Shown piece after piece: positions 53,877 to 63,706 of a DNA stretch of 64,000 bases (position 1 is the first letter of the stretch; each line of letters begins with the position of its first letter). The position numbers were made by a program, and so were the translations under genes. The DNA lies in contig JAJDDW010000010.1 of the NCBI GenBank assembly GCA_029260115.1, forward strand, positions 695 to 64,694, given 5' to 3'. Origin of the DNA: Phycisphaerae bacterium. GTDB lineage: Bacteria; Planctomycetota; Phycisphaerae; UBA1845. The notes beneath the pieces are model-generated. The model did not search any database. It was not told where the DNA came from and was given only the letters and a program-made list of their open reading frames with translations.

Positions 53877-56800
53877 TCACGCGGCAAGAACAGTCGTCGG
53901 CTCGCGTTTTACCATTACGTACAAGCACGGGATCACTACAATCGACAACACCGTCGCGGCCAGCACGCCGCCGATGATGGTCCTAGCCAACGGCGCATTG
54001 GCCTCACCGCCTGCAAATCCAATCGCCATCGGTATTAACGCTAGCCAGGTAGTCAGTGAAGTCATCAGAATCGGACGCAACCGGATCCAAGTCGCCTGCT
54101 CCATCGCCTTACGAACGGTTTCCCCTTCGCGGACCCGCTGATTGGCGAATTCCAGCAAAATGATACTGTATTCCACTACAATACCAGCCATCATAATGAT
54201 GCCCATCGCAACAGGAATATTGAAATTCGTGCCTGTCAATTTCAACACGGCTATCACGCCAACAAAGCCCAACGGAACACTCATCAAAATAATTAACGGA
54301 ATTGAAAACGAACGAAGCTGAGCGACCATAGCCAGGTAAATCAAAATTCCAGCAACCATCAAGCCGTTGATAAATTGATCGAACGCATTATGCATCGTCT
54401 CCGTTTCACCTTTGATCTTAAAGCTGTAGCCCTTGTATTGATCTATCAAATTATATTCTGTACCTCTTTTGTCCGAAATACGCTCGCTTGGCAATTCGGG
54501 TGATAATTGCAATCGCTTTTCAATCTCACTGGCCACGCTTCCGGCATCGTACCCCGTGGCAACGTTCGCAAAAACATCCGTAACTCGCGTAATATTGTGA
54601 TGGTTAACCACCGCAGGTCCTGTCGTTCGATAGAAATCCGCGACAGTCCGTAGCGGTACGGGTCGATCACTGTTGGTTCCTGTAATGGGAATATCGCGCA
54701 ACGTTTCTAACGAATTGATATTTTGCTCTGTATATTGCGCTCCGATGAAATAATGATTGAAATTGCCTGCAATCCAAAACGCCGGATTAAATCCCACGCT
54801 AGAGTTCACAGCGGTAACGATATTTTTGATGACGTCCCGCTGCATAATCCCAAGCTGAGCCGCTTTTACCCGGTCCACCTCAACGCCTATCTGCGGGTAA
54901 TCCAAACGCTGTGCGATCCGAACGTCTGTCGTTCCTGGCATGCCCTCTACAATGCGTTTAATTTCCCGAGCAATGTCCTGCCCCTTGTGTAAGTCACTGC
55001 CACGTACCTGCACCTGAATCGGCGATGGCAGGCCAAAGTTCATAGCTGCTGTCATCATGCCGCCGGTATCATACGCAAAATCAACGATCGGAAATTCACG
55101 TGACAATCGCTCACGTAGCGAATCAACAATGGCAAACGTATCGGGCTTTCCGGCTTGTCCCTTAGTTTGAACCAACATGAATGCATCCATGGGTCCATTA
55201 TTAGGCGTATGCGCCGCAGGCCAATCCATAAGCACGCCGATGTTGGAAATTAAAATACGCAGGTTGGATTCCGGATATTTTTCGTCATTCGGATCAGAAT
55301 CTGGCTTACCAATTTCGTCAATAATGCTTTTTTCTATCGCTGCTACCACACGTTCGGTGTTTTCAATGCGCGTACCGGACGGCAAGCGAATATTAATAGA
55401 AAATTGTTGCGAATCTACAGCAGGGAATAATTCTGTCCCCATCGTAGTGGCTACTAGACCCGCGACAGCAAGTAAACCGACACTCACCAGAACAACCACG
55501 AATCGCATGCTTAATAATGTTGAAAAGAAACCGGCAAACCAGGCGGGAATCTGGTTTTTCGAATCTTGTCCATCCCCACCCTTGCGGCGCAATATCTTGG
55601 CACTAAATGTGGGTATTACAAACATCGCAATCAGATAGCTAGCAATAATGGCGAACGTCACGGTGATGGCTAAGGGTTCAAACAAAAACCTTGGAATACC
55701 CGTCAAGAAAACAATTGGGAAAAACACAATGATGAAAGTGATCGTCGAAACCAGTACTGGAAGCGAAACTTCTTTCGTACCATCTAGCGCAGCTTGCGTG
55801 TTAGATTTTCCCATCTCTAGATGGCGGACGATGTTGTCCAACACGACAATAGACTGATCCACGAGAATTCCTATAGCAAGCGCTAACCCGCCGAGGGTCA
55901 TACTATTGATCGTATCCCCCGTATAAAACAGGCCGATCAAAGCAGCGAGAATGGAAAGCGGTATCGCAAGAAGCACGATGAAGGTTAGCCGTAAACTGCG
56001 AAGAAATACGAGAACGACTAACCCGGCTAGTATCGCTCCCAACCCAGCAGAAACTTGCAACCAGCGAACCGAAGCCCGTACCGTACCCGATTGGTCCATC
56101 ACCACGCCGAGCACCAAATCCGCGGCTTTGGGATCTTCCTGACGCAATCGTACGCCAATCCGATTAAGCTTTTCTTTAATACTATCCACAATCTGCAACG
56201 TATTTGATCCGGGCTGGCGATAGATGGGGATGTATGCCATAGATGCGCCGTTGATACGAACTTTGTTGCCCTGAATCTGATGGCTATCTTTTATTTCACC
56301 AATGTCTCGTAGGAAAACGACCGAGCCGCCTTCCGTCTTGATTGGGAATTCATTCATTTCCTCCACCGTTTTGGTCATGGAGTTGGAGACTATCTGGTAA
56401 TCAATGTCTCCGATCTTGGCATTTCCCGTCGGGATAAAAACGCTCTGCTCGCCAAGCGTATTAACCACATCCATCGGAGAGAGACCCCGAGCGGCTAATT
56501 TCACGGGGTCGACATACGCCAATATGCGGCGCAATACACCACCGTACACCGCAGGCGCAATCACCCCACTAATCGCCTGCAATTTATTTCGCAGCCCGTA
56601 ATAGGCCACATCGTATAATTCTTTTTCCGTCATCGTTGGACTGGACACGCTCACCAGGCACAAAGGTACCGAAGCCGTCGGGTCAAAAGGCATAACCATC
56701 GGCGGGACGGTTCCCGGCGGAAGATAGAACATGTCCGACATGGCAAAAGACGTTACCTGCGACATAGCTGTATCGAGGCTAATGTCTTCTCGGAAGAAGT

Positions 56801-57077
56801 CTTTCACCACGCACACGCCGAGCATAGCCTTGCCTTCTTGATGTTCGATGCCCACAGATTGCCCGGTCCAACGCTCGAGCCGACTCATGATATCTTTTTC
56901 CATCACTTCAGGCGGCATGCCTGGATAGAAACAGACGATTTGCATGGCTGGCGTCTCGAACTGTGGCAGCAGGTCAGCTGGGATTTCCTGCATGGAGCGA
57001 ACGCCTACTACGGCTGTAGCAAGGACAAGTACGACCACCAAGTACGGGTTCCGTAGTGTGACTTCAATAGCTTTCAT
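53877..57077 (-). CDS. RND efflux transporter permease (AcrB/HAE family)
   Basis: 1066 aa with 12-TM RND topology and two large periplasmic loops. Conserved TM4-type segment (ALAIGILVDQSIVVLDNI). Confidence 0.93.
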   Translation of the reverse strand: MKAIEVTLRNPYLVVVLVLATAVVGVRSMQEIPADLLPQFETPAMQIVCFYPGMPPEVMEKDIMSRLERWTGQSVGIEHQEGKAMLGVCVVKDFFREDISLDTAMSQVTSFAMSDMFYLPPGTVPPMVMPFDPTASVPLCLVSVSSPTMTEKELYDVAYYGLRNKLQAISGVIAPAVYGGVLRRILAYVDPVKLAARGLSPMDVVNTLGEQSVFIPTGNAKIGDIDYQIVSNSMTKTVEEMNEFPIKTEGGSVVFLRDIGEIKDSHQIQGNKVRINGASMAYIPIYRQPGSNTLQIVDSIKEKLNRIGVRLRQEDPKAADLVLGVVMDQSGTVRASVRWLQVSAGLGAILAGLVVLVFLRSLRLTFIVLLAIPLSILAALIGLFYTGDTINSMTLGGLALAIGILVDQSIVVLDNIVRHLEMGKSNTQAALDGTKEVSLPVLVSTITFIIVFFPIVFLTGIPRFLFEPLAITVTFAIIASYLIAMFVIPTFSAKILRRKGGDGQDSKNQIPAWFAGFFSTLLSMRFVVVLVSVGLLAVAGLVATTMGTELFPAVDSQQFSINIRLPSGTRIENTERVVAAIEKSIIDEIGKPDSDPNDEKYPESNLRILISNIGVLMDWPAAHTPNNGPMDAFMLVQTKGQAGKPDTFAIVDSLRERLSREFPIVDFAYDTGGMMTAAMNFGLPSPIQVQVRGSDLHKGQDIAREIKRIVEGMPGTTDVRIAQRLDYPQIGVEVDRVKAAQLGIMQRDVIKNIVTAVNSSVGFNPAFWIAGNFNHYFIGAQYTEQNINSLETLRDIPITGTNSDRPVPLRTVADFYRTTGPAVVNHHNITRVTDVFANVATGYDAGSVASEIEKRLQLSPELPSERISDKRGTEYNLIDQYKGYSFKIKGETETMHNAFDQFINGLMVAGILIYLAMVAQLRSFSIPLIILMSVPLGFVGVIAVLKLTGTNFNIPVAMGIIMMAGIVVEYSIILLEFANQRVREGETVRKAMEQATWIRLRPILMTSLTTWLALIPMAIGFAGGEANAPLARTIIGGVLAATVLSIVVIPCLYVMVKREPTTVLAA

Positions 57078-57460
57078 GCGACTCCGCTGATATCAGAAAA
57101 GAAAGAATATTCGTCCCCAAAGGCAGCCCGGCCCAAGCTGCACACTTTAGCGCATATCACAATTCAGAGAACCAATACAATCCTGGTCGCTCTCATTGCA
57201 CATACATATCGATCATTGTTCTAGATCCGATGCTCATCATCAACAAAGTAGGCGGCGTCAGAAATTAGCGTTGATTGGGAGGATCAACTTAACCGCGATC
57301 TTGAGAATGTATATATTCTCATCGAGGCTACCTGTAAACCAGCTTGAGTATCAGTATAGTAACATACCCGGTGAGGATACGCTTGGAGCATCGTTGTTGA
57401 TTTTTCCCTTCGAATCGATTGCTAGAATGAATATTTGCCGATGTCGTGAAGTTGACACCA

Positions 57461-58990
57461 TCACATCTGCCGATCTAGTCTGCGGTAATGAATGGCTTCC
57501 AAGATATCTTCAGTGGCAATGGCCTCTCGTCCGGCGAGGTCCGCGATAGTACGAGATACTCTCAAAACTTTATCGTGAGCGCGGGCAGACAAGCCAAGTT
57601 CCGTCACGGCCTGTTGCAGCACGGATTCACAGGCATTATCCAACTGGGCATATTTTCGCAGCGATTCTCCCTGCATGCGCGCGTTGGTTGTTGGCGCTAT
57701 AGATGCAAATCGCGCCTGCTGAATATGACGCGCACCCATGACCTGTTCACGAATGTCCGAGGACGATGTACCATTCTTTTTGTTACGCAATTCTTGAAAC
57801 GGTACGGCTGGCACTTCGACGTGTATATCTACTCGGTCTACCAGCGGGCCACTGATGCGAGATAGGTAGCGCTCAATTTGAACGGGACTACATTTGCACG
57901 CCCGACGCGCGTCGGTGTAATACCCACACGGACAGGGATTCATCGCGGCTACGAGCATGAACGAAGCCGGAAACGTAATTGTAGCCTGCGCGCGAGCCAC
58001 TGTAACGGTTGCATCCTCTAACGGCTGTCGCAATGCTTCCAACACCGCCCTAGAAAATTCGGGGAACTCATCCAAAAATAAAATGCCAAAATGAGCCAAA
58101 GATACTTCACCTGGCTGAGGGATGCTACCGCCGCCAACCATCGCTGCGGTGCTAGCAGAGTGGTGCGGCATGCGCACTGGGCGCGTTGCGAGCAAAGGCT
58201 GTTCGGATTTAAGTTGGCCAGCTATGGAATGAATGCGCGTTGCTTCCAAAGATTCTTCAAGAGTAAGCGGCGGCATCACGGTAGGCATGCGCTTCGCTAG
58301 CATCGTCTTACCAGAACCGGGCGGACCGATCATCAACAAATTATGCATGCCCGCTGCAGCGACCGTCAGGGCCCGCTTAACATGCTCTTGCCCACGCACA
58401 TCAGCAAAATCGCAATCGTACGCCGCTAACTTATCAAACACTGCTTCCACATCGACAACGATAGGATCGATTTCCAATTGCCCAGTGAGAAATCCTATCG
58501 CCTCTGAAAGCTGACTAACCGGAATGACATCTATACCCGACACGACTCCGGCTTCTGTCGCATTTTCCACAGGCACAATAATCCCAGTAAAGCCCCGCTG
58601 CTTCGCAAGCATCGCAGCCGATAGTGCGCCCTTCGTAGGCCTGACACGACCATCTAAAGCTAGCTCGCCGCAAATCAAATACGAATCCGCACGGTCCGTC
58701 ACCGCATCGCCGTTGGCACATAAAATACCTATAGCGATTGGCAAATCAAATGCAGGACCTTCCTTGCGAAGATCAGCCGGGGCAAGATTGACAACTGCTT
58801 TGTGCCGTGGGAATCGATAACCTGAATTCTGTAGCGCGCTGCGCACGCGCTCAATGCTCTCTTTGACGGCAGCGTCCGGTAGGCCAACAACAGTTGCGCC
58901 AGCGAACCCGCGACGCGACACATCAACTTCCACCTCGATAGGGATGGCGTCAATGCCGAAAAAAGTCGCACTATGTAAACGAGCTACCAT
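57461..58990 (-). CDS. YifB/ComM-family Mg-chelatase-like AAA+ ATPase
   Basis: Lon-protease-like N-terminal domain (GLPDAAVKESIERV), Walker A GPPGSGKTM, Walker B LFLDEFPEF and a C-terminal Mg-chelatase domain. Confidence 0.93.
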   Translation of the reverse strand: MVARLHSATFFGIDAIPIEVEVDVSRRGFAGATVVGLPDAAVKESIERVRSALQNSGYRFPRHKAVVNLAPADLRKEGPAFDLPIAIGILCANGDAVTDRADSYLICGELALDGRVRPTKGALSAAMLAKQRGFTGIIVPVENATEAGVVSGIDVIPVSQLSEAIGFLTGQLEIDPIVVDVEAVFDKLAAYDCDFADVRGQEHVKRALTVAAAGMHNLLMIGPPGSGKTMLAKRMPTVMPPLTLEESLEATRIHSIAGQLKSEQPLLATRPVRMPHHSASTAAMVGGGSIPQPGEVSLAHFGILFLDEFPEFSRAVLEALRQPLEDATVTVARAQATITFPASFMLVAAMNPCPCGYYTDARRACKCSPVQIERYLSRISGPLVDRVDIHVEVPAVPFQELRNKKNGTSSSDIREQVMGARHIQQARFASIAPTTNARMQGESLRKYAQLDNACESVLQQAVTELGLSARAHDKVLRVSRTIADLAGREAIATEDILEAIHYRRLDRQM

Positions 58991-59194
58991 GATTATCCAG
59001 TATGATCCTGTATAACAACGAAATTAGTCAATACCAATATTACGTTTTAATGCCATACATATGATGCTCGAATAGATTTAATGCCAATAAATACCACGCC
59101 AACGATCAATCACACGGGGCAAACAGAAGTTTACCCTAACCACCCAAAGCGCAATTCACATTTGCGGGCATCAAATTATCGCGGATCGAGCTCA

Positions 59195-59671
59195 TTAGTA
59201 CTTCAAACCATCTTTGCGTATGTGGACATAGGGCTTTGCCTCAATGTCCCCTTCGCCTGCTTCGACCGTAGCTGCGAAAACAAGATGATCGCCAACCGAC
59301 ATTTGACTCACAACATGACACCCCATATGTGCGATGGCATCAGTCAACACAGGTCCGTATTTAGATGCTTCCGTTGACAAACCTACGAATGCGTCCTCTT
59401 CGAGAGAAAATCCTTTTCCAAAATGTTTGAACATGGCCGTCGGGTTCTCGCCAATCACATTCAGCACGAACCGCGAAGATCTCTCAAGCAATGACAGGAT
59501 AGGCCTGCCTGCTAGCAGCGCAACCGTAATCGACGGTGGCTCAAAGCAGGCCTGCTGCATCCATGACACTAACATGCCCGAAGAAGTACCTTCATGAGCA
59601 CACGTAAGAATGGCACACCCACTTGGCATGCGCCCAATCGCTACGCCGATATGTTGACTATCTGATTTCAT
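59195..59671 (-). CDS. Flavin reductase-like (split-barrel FMN-binding) protein
   Basis: The pattern MPSGCAILT...GMLVSWMQQACFEPPSITVAL...GDHLVFAATV is typical of the flavin reductase domain family. Confidence 0.75.
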   Translation of the reverse strand: MKSDSQHIGVAIGRMPSGCAILTCAHEGTSSGMLVSWMQQACFEPPSITVALLAGRPILSLLERSSRFVLNVIGENPTAMFKHFGKGFSLEEDAFVGLSTEASKYGPVLTDAIAHMGCHVVSQMSVGDHLVFAATVEAGEGDIEAKPYVHIRKDGLKY

Positions 59672-59822
59672 AACCTCTACTCGCTATTTGAAATGCAACG
59701 AACGAATCATCGTTGTGCATATAACCAAGATCGTAAATGGAGGCCGCAGAACACGCAAGCATAAGGTTCAGGGGGCATTTAACAGGGTTAAATCTTTGAA
59801 AGTTGTGGTCGCAAAGTGGTTT

Positions 59823-60656
59823 TTATGAAGCCAAATTCTTCATATACACATCATATCGAACGGATCGTCCCATGTACGTCGTGCTTACGTCAGGTAAAAT
59901 CGGCTCGGCCAGTTTCGCACGTTTTACGACCACCCGCTTTGTCTCCACGCTCCGGGCAGAAGCAAGTAGCTCTACTGCATCTACATCATCGCCAACAATT
60001 TTTCTACAAACACGAAGCTCTTTCTTCACCGCGGCTGATTTCTGACGAGGTGGGTGCATAGGATCAACATAAATGACATCGGGGCGATCCGCTTCAAATA
60101 TAAGCTGCAACTTTTCTCGCGCATCCCCCACCACCAACGACATACGCGAAACTATCTCCCGCACGGCAGCGTCACAATCGACAACACCTCGCCTCAAACC
60201 ATCTTGCAGAATCGCACCAATCACAGGATTTCGCTCGATCATCGTGACATGACACCCCAAACAAGCCATGAGGAAAGCATCGCGCCCCAGGCCCGCCGTC
60301 GCATCTACGACGTGCATGCCACCGCTTTGCAATCCCAACGCCCGGCCAATTAACTGACGTCGGCCACCACCAGATAACCTACGATATCCGGTTGCGCCCC
60401 CGGCAAAATCTACACGTACGGGACGCACACCTGGTATGGACAAATCACGCAAACTCACGCCATCAAAATCTACGACTAATAAAAAATCGTAGGTTGTAAA
60501 TTCATCACCTTCGCAAACTAAATCCAGTGACATAGTCCGAGCCAATTCGCACGCCTTAGTCATCACAGCCTTGTCGTCACCATTTGCAATGACCCCAACA
60601 CGCGACGGTTCGATGCCTGTTTGAACTGACATGGCATCCCTAGGCGTCATGAGCAC
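59823..60656 (-). CDS. Class I SAM-dependent methyltransferase, RsmJ-like (16S rRNA m2G1516 type)
   Basis: VVDATAGLGRDAFLMACLGCHVTMIERNP and DVIYVDPMHP match the RsmJ/DUF548 signature. Confidence 0.75.
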   Translation of the reverse strand: MLMTPRDAMSVQTGIEPSRVGVIANGDDKAVMTKACELARTMSLDLVCEGDEFTTYDFLLVVDFDGVSLRDLSIPGVRPVRVDFAGGATGYRRLSGGGRRQLIGRALGLQSGGMHVVDATAGLGRDAFLMACLGCHVTMIERNPVIGAILQDGLRRGVVDCDAAVREIVSRMSLVVGDAREKLQLIFEADRPDVIYVDPMHPPRQKSAAVKKELRVCRKIVGDDVDAVELLASARSVETKRVVVKRAKLAEPILPDVSTTYMGRSVRYDVYMKNLAS

Positions 60657-60659
60657 ATG

Positions 60660-61157
60660 TCACTTTTTGCCCAGCGATCTTTGATTTGCAAAAAAATCGG
60701 TAAGCATAGCGCCACAGTCCCTAGCCATGACGTCCCCTACTACATCAACGTAATGATTGAGACGCTCATCCTGGGTAATAGAATACAACGAAACACACGC
60801 CCCAGCCTTGGGGTCTCGAGCGCCAAAGACTAGCCTCGGCAATCGCGATTGCACAATCGCGCCAGCGCACATGGGACAAGGCTCTAACGTGACGTACATC
60901 GTACACGCTTCGAGACGCCAACTACTCAGCGCACTAGCCGCAGCGGTTAACGCGATCATTTCTGCGTGAGCGGTGGGGTCTTGCAATCTTTCCCGCTGGT
61001 TATAACCACGCCCGATGATACGCCCTTGGTGAACAACCACCGCCCCTACAGGGACTTCATCTTCATCAGAGGCAGCCAGCGCCTCGCGGATAGCCGCCTG
61101 CATGAATTTTTCATCGCATTCTAGCACGTTATTATTCTCGATGTAGAACAGGATCAT
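60660..61157 (-). CDS. tadA: tRNA adenosine(34) deaminase
   Basis: HAEMIAL and PCPMCAGA zinc motifs. The size is typical of TadA. Confidence 0.92.
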   Translation of the reverse strand: MILFYIENNNVLECDEKFMQAAIREALAASDEDEVPVGAVVVHQGRIIGRGYNQRERLQDPTAHAEMIALTAAASALSSWRLEACTMYVTLEPCPMCAGAIVQSRLPRLVFGARDPKAGACVSLYSITQDERLNHYVDVVGDVMARDCGAMLTDFFANQRSLGKK

Positions 61158-61167
61158 TCAACCGTCG

Positions 61168-61647
61168 CTACGAACTAGCCAAGGCGGCAAGCGTATCAGA
61201 CAAGACGTCACTACAACCCGCTAGGTCAACCTTCAGTAATCGCTCAAGGCGATCATGTAATTCATTTGCGACGTCTATAGCCGCGTTCAGACGTTCGGCT
61301 TCGCTACCGATGCAATAGGTTGGGTCCGGCAAGGGCCAATGCACACATACTGGAGCGCCTACCCAAGTTGGACATGTCTGAGCGGCAGCCGCCTCGCATA
61401 GTGTGATGACAATATCGATAGGTTTATCTTTGAATTCGTCCCAGCTCTTAGACCGCTGGTCTTTCATAGAAAAACCAAGCTGCCGCATGGCGTCTATCGC
61501 AAGTGGGTGAATGAACCCCGCAGGGTGTGAACCCGCGCTGAATGATTGAATGCTATTTCCGCCAAGATGCCTGAGAATAGACTCTGCCATCTGCGACCGA
61601 CAGGCATTCCCAGTACACAAGAAAAGTATCGCAGGTGGCGTTTGCAT
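61168..61647 (-). CDS. arsC: Arsenate reductase (thioredoxin-coupled, LMW-PTP fold) / low-molecular-weight phosphatase
   Basis: P-loop CTGNACRSQMAE plus a downstream Cys pair (TLCEAAAAQTCP), as in ArsC of the LMW-PTP family. Confidence 0.8.
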   Translation of the reverse strand: MQTPPAILFLCTGNACRSQMAESILRHLGGNSIQSFSAGSHPAGFIHPLAIDAMRQLGFSMKDQRSKSWDEFKDKPIDIVITLCEAAAAQTCPTWVGAPVCVHWPLPDPTYCIGSEAERLNAAIDVANELHDRLERLLKVDLAGCSDVLSDTLAALASS

Positions 61648-61815
61648 ATCGAACTCGGATTCTATTTACGCGCTCGCTGATTACCAATAATGAGCCATTG
61701 CGCGCAATGACCATGCATCAATGCTGGACGAATCCTATCACCATATGTACCTCGCGTCGAGATTTCTACCTCGTATAGGCTTTTCTCGTGTGTTCATTTG
61801 ATGGCGAAGATCAAG

Positions 61816-63441
61816 TCATGGGCAAAGAGCCGCGGCGCGTTCCGCACAAACGTTGTCCCATAAGGTAGTGCAGCAGAAAGCATCTTCTTCGCAAACCGAC
61901 TGGCAGCAGGTCTGATCACTACAGCCCATTCCGTTCGCGGCTTCCACATCACAAGCATTCGTACTTCCGATGCAAGCAGGGAATCCATTTACAATACCAT
62001 TGGCTTTGGCGGCACATGTCTGGTCCCAAGCCGTATCACAGCAGAATGGATCAATCTGGCAGGTTTGGTTACAAGCACTGCCATCATCACAGCCAGGCGT
62101 GTTATTGTTGGTTGCGTCAAAACAATCACCGGCACCAGCACCGCAGGCCGCTGGACCACGGCCTGGATCATTTCCACAATATATGGTCAATGTGCCATCA
62201 CCCTGTTCGCCTTGGAAGCCGCCAATGCGAATCAAGTAGTCCTGACCCGTCACAGCCGTGAAAATCGCACGTGAATTAGCTATCGCACCACAATCGTCAT
62301 CGCTACACGCAAACGGCAAATCTGCATCCACAGGACATCCGCTGCCTTCGTATATCATCATCTTCGTGTCGTACAAACTTCCACATAGGCTCACAATGAC
62401 AAGGTTGGGACACGTCGAGGTATACAGATACCAAATGTCAGATTCAACGTGCGTATAACTGCCTAAGCTGCAACCTGCGGGTGCATCCGCCTCGTCAGGC
62501 CCATCGGTTGTCGCATCGGTATTAGAGAATGAACGGTCACCCTCGCCGATAGCAATTGGCGTCAGACAGGAATCATTGGTAAGCGCTCCACCCGCTGTCG
62601 TCTGGCAGTTTGTGTCACAAGTCGTACCATCAGGAGGATCACACTGTTCACCAGACTCCACCACATTATTTCCACAAACTGAACCAGGAGGGACACCGCC
62701 ACCACCTCCTCCGCCGCCGCTAGTTAGGGGACATCCCGCCGCGTCGACGCTAGTTCCTCTCGGCGTGTTCATACAGTCATCAAGGCTATCAATCACGCCA
62801 TCCATGTCGGTATCGCGCTCGTTAGATGCACATCCGTTAGCATCAACCGAAGCGCCATCTGCCGTATTTTCACATCGATCGATATCGTCGTTGACGCCGT
62901 CACCATCCGTATCAGGCCCCCCCGCACTTACCGGACAGCCCTTGTCGTCAATATTCGCATCTGGCGCAGTATTGGCGCATTCATCAACATCGTCCGTAAA
63001 TCCATCGTTATCGCTATCGCGCTGGCTGGCAGCGCAGCCAAGTATATCAACCGTCGAACCTGCCGCGGTGTTATCACAAGTATCAATATCATCCGAGACG
63101 CCGTCGCCGTCGGCGTCCGGGCCGCCAACTGGGCAACCCGTTGCATCCACTGTCGTATTTGCCGGCGTATTCGTGCACTGGTCATCACCGTCCAAAACGC
63201 CATCGCCATCAGCGTCCGCTACGCCAACAGTACAACCCCTTGCGTCCACCGTCGCACCTTCACGTGTATTCGCGCAATCGTCATTAGCATCCGTCACACC
63301 ATCACCGTCTGCATCCAATGCCTGCCCCGGTGGTGGGTCAGGTACGGTCATCGGCGTACATGCAACACCCCCTACCATCAACACCAATGCACAAACAAAA
63401 GCTACCGAACAGAATTGCTTCTTAGCCCATACCAGTTGCAT
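61816..63441 (-). CDS. Large secreted protein with thrombospondin type-3 Ca-binding repeats, a CGNxxxExGExCD cysteine repeat and twin C-terminal FCC-x3-WD-x2-C modules
   Basis: Signal/anchor segment. At least 8 copies of D-x-D-x-D-G-V-x-D-x-x-D-x-C-x-N-T. A Gly8 run. VCGNNVVESGEQCDPPDGTTCDTNC. The C-terminus contains CQIDPFCCDTAWDQTC and CEEDAFCCTTLWDNVC. Confidence 0.88.
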   Translation of the reverse strand: MQLVWAKKQFCSVAFVCALVLMVGGVACTPMTVPDPPPGQALDADGDGVTDANDDCANTREGATVDARGCTVGVADADGDGVLDGDDQCTNTPANTTVDATGCPVGGPDADGDGVSDDIDTCDNTAAGSTVDILGCAASQRDSDNDGFTDDVDECANTAPDANIDDKGCPVSAGGPDTDGDGVNDDIDRCENTADGASVDANGCASNERDTDMDGVIDSLDDCMNTPRGTSVDAAGCPLTSGGGGGGGGVPPGSVCGNNVVESGEQCDPPDGTTCDTNCQTTAGGALTNDSCLTPIAIGEGDRSFSNTDATTDGPDEADAPAGCSLGSYTHVESDIWYLYTSTCPNLVIVSLCGSLYDTKMMIYEGSGCPVDADLPFACSDDDCGAIANSRAIFTAVTGQDYLIRIGGFQGEQGDGTLTIYCGNDPGRGPAACGAGAGDCFDATNNNTPGCDDGSACNQTCQIDPFCCDTAWDQTCAAKANGIVNGFPACIGSTNACDVEAANGMGCSDQTCCQSVCEEDAFCCTTLWDNVCAERAAALCP

Positions 63442-63706
63442 ACCACTCTCCTACCGTCATCTGCGCAAGCTCAGCCATGACACACGCATGGAATACCGAG
63501 CGCGCGGACGAGTCCGCGTCTGCAAACTTTATGGCCAAACCAAGAGTAAAAGCAACCTCTTATACATATCTTGACGGTTATCGGTGTAGATCGTGATTTA
63601 TTTTGCCTTGCGAATTCCCATCGATCGCCCTAATCTCCAAGTTATCGTTGATCTTCAGCAGTTTTGGGCGATCGTCCGGATACATCGGACCATAAGATGA
63701 TGAGCC

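Noticed and set aside
62576-63574. 332 aa ORF on the plus strand, antisense to the TSP3-repeat gene
   Set aside because: It lies entirely within the 541 aa minus-strand gene, which has clear TSP3 and Cys-repeat motifs. The antisense translation is low-complexity Pro/Ser/Thr-rich, as expected from reading repetitive GAC/GGC-rich codons backwards.
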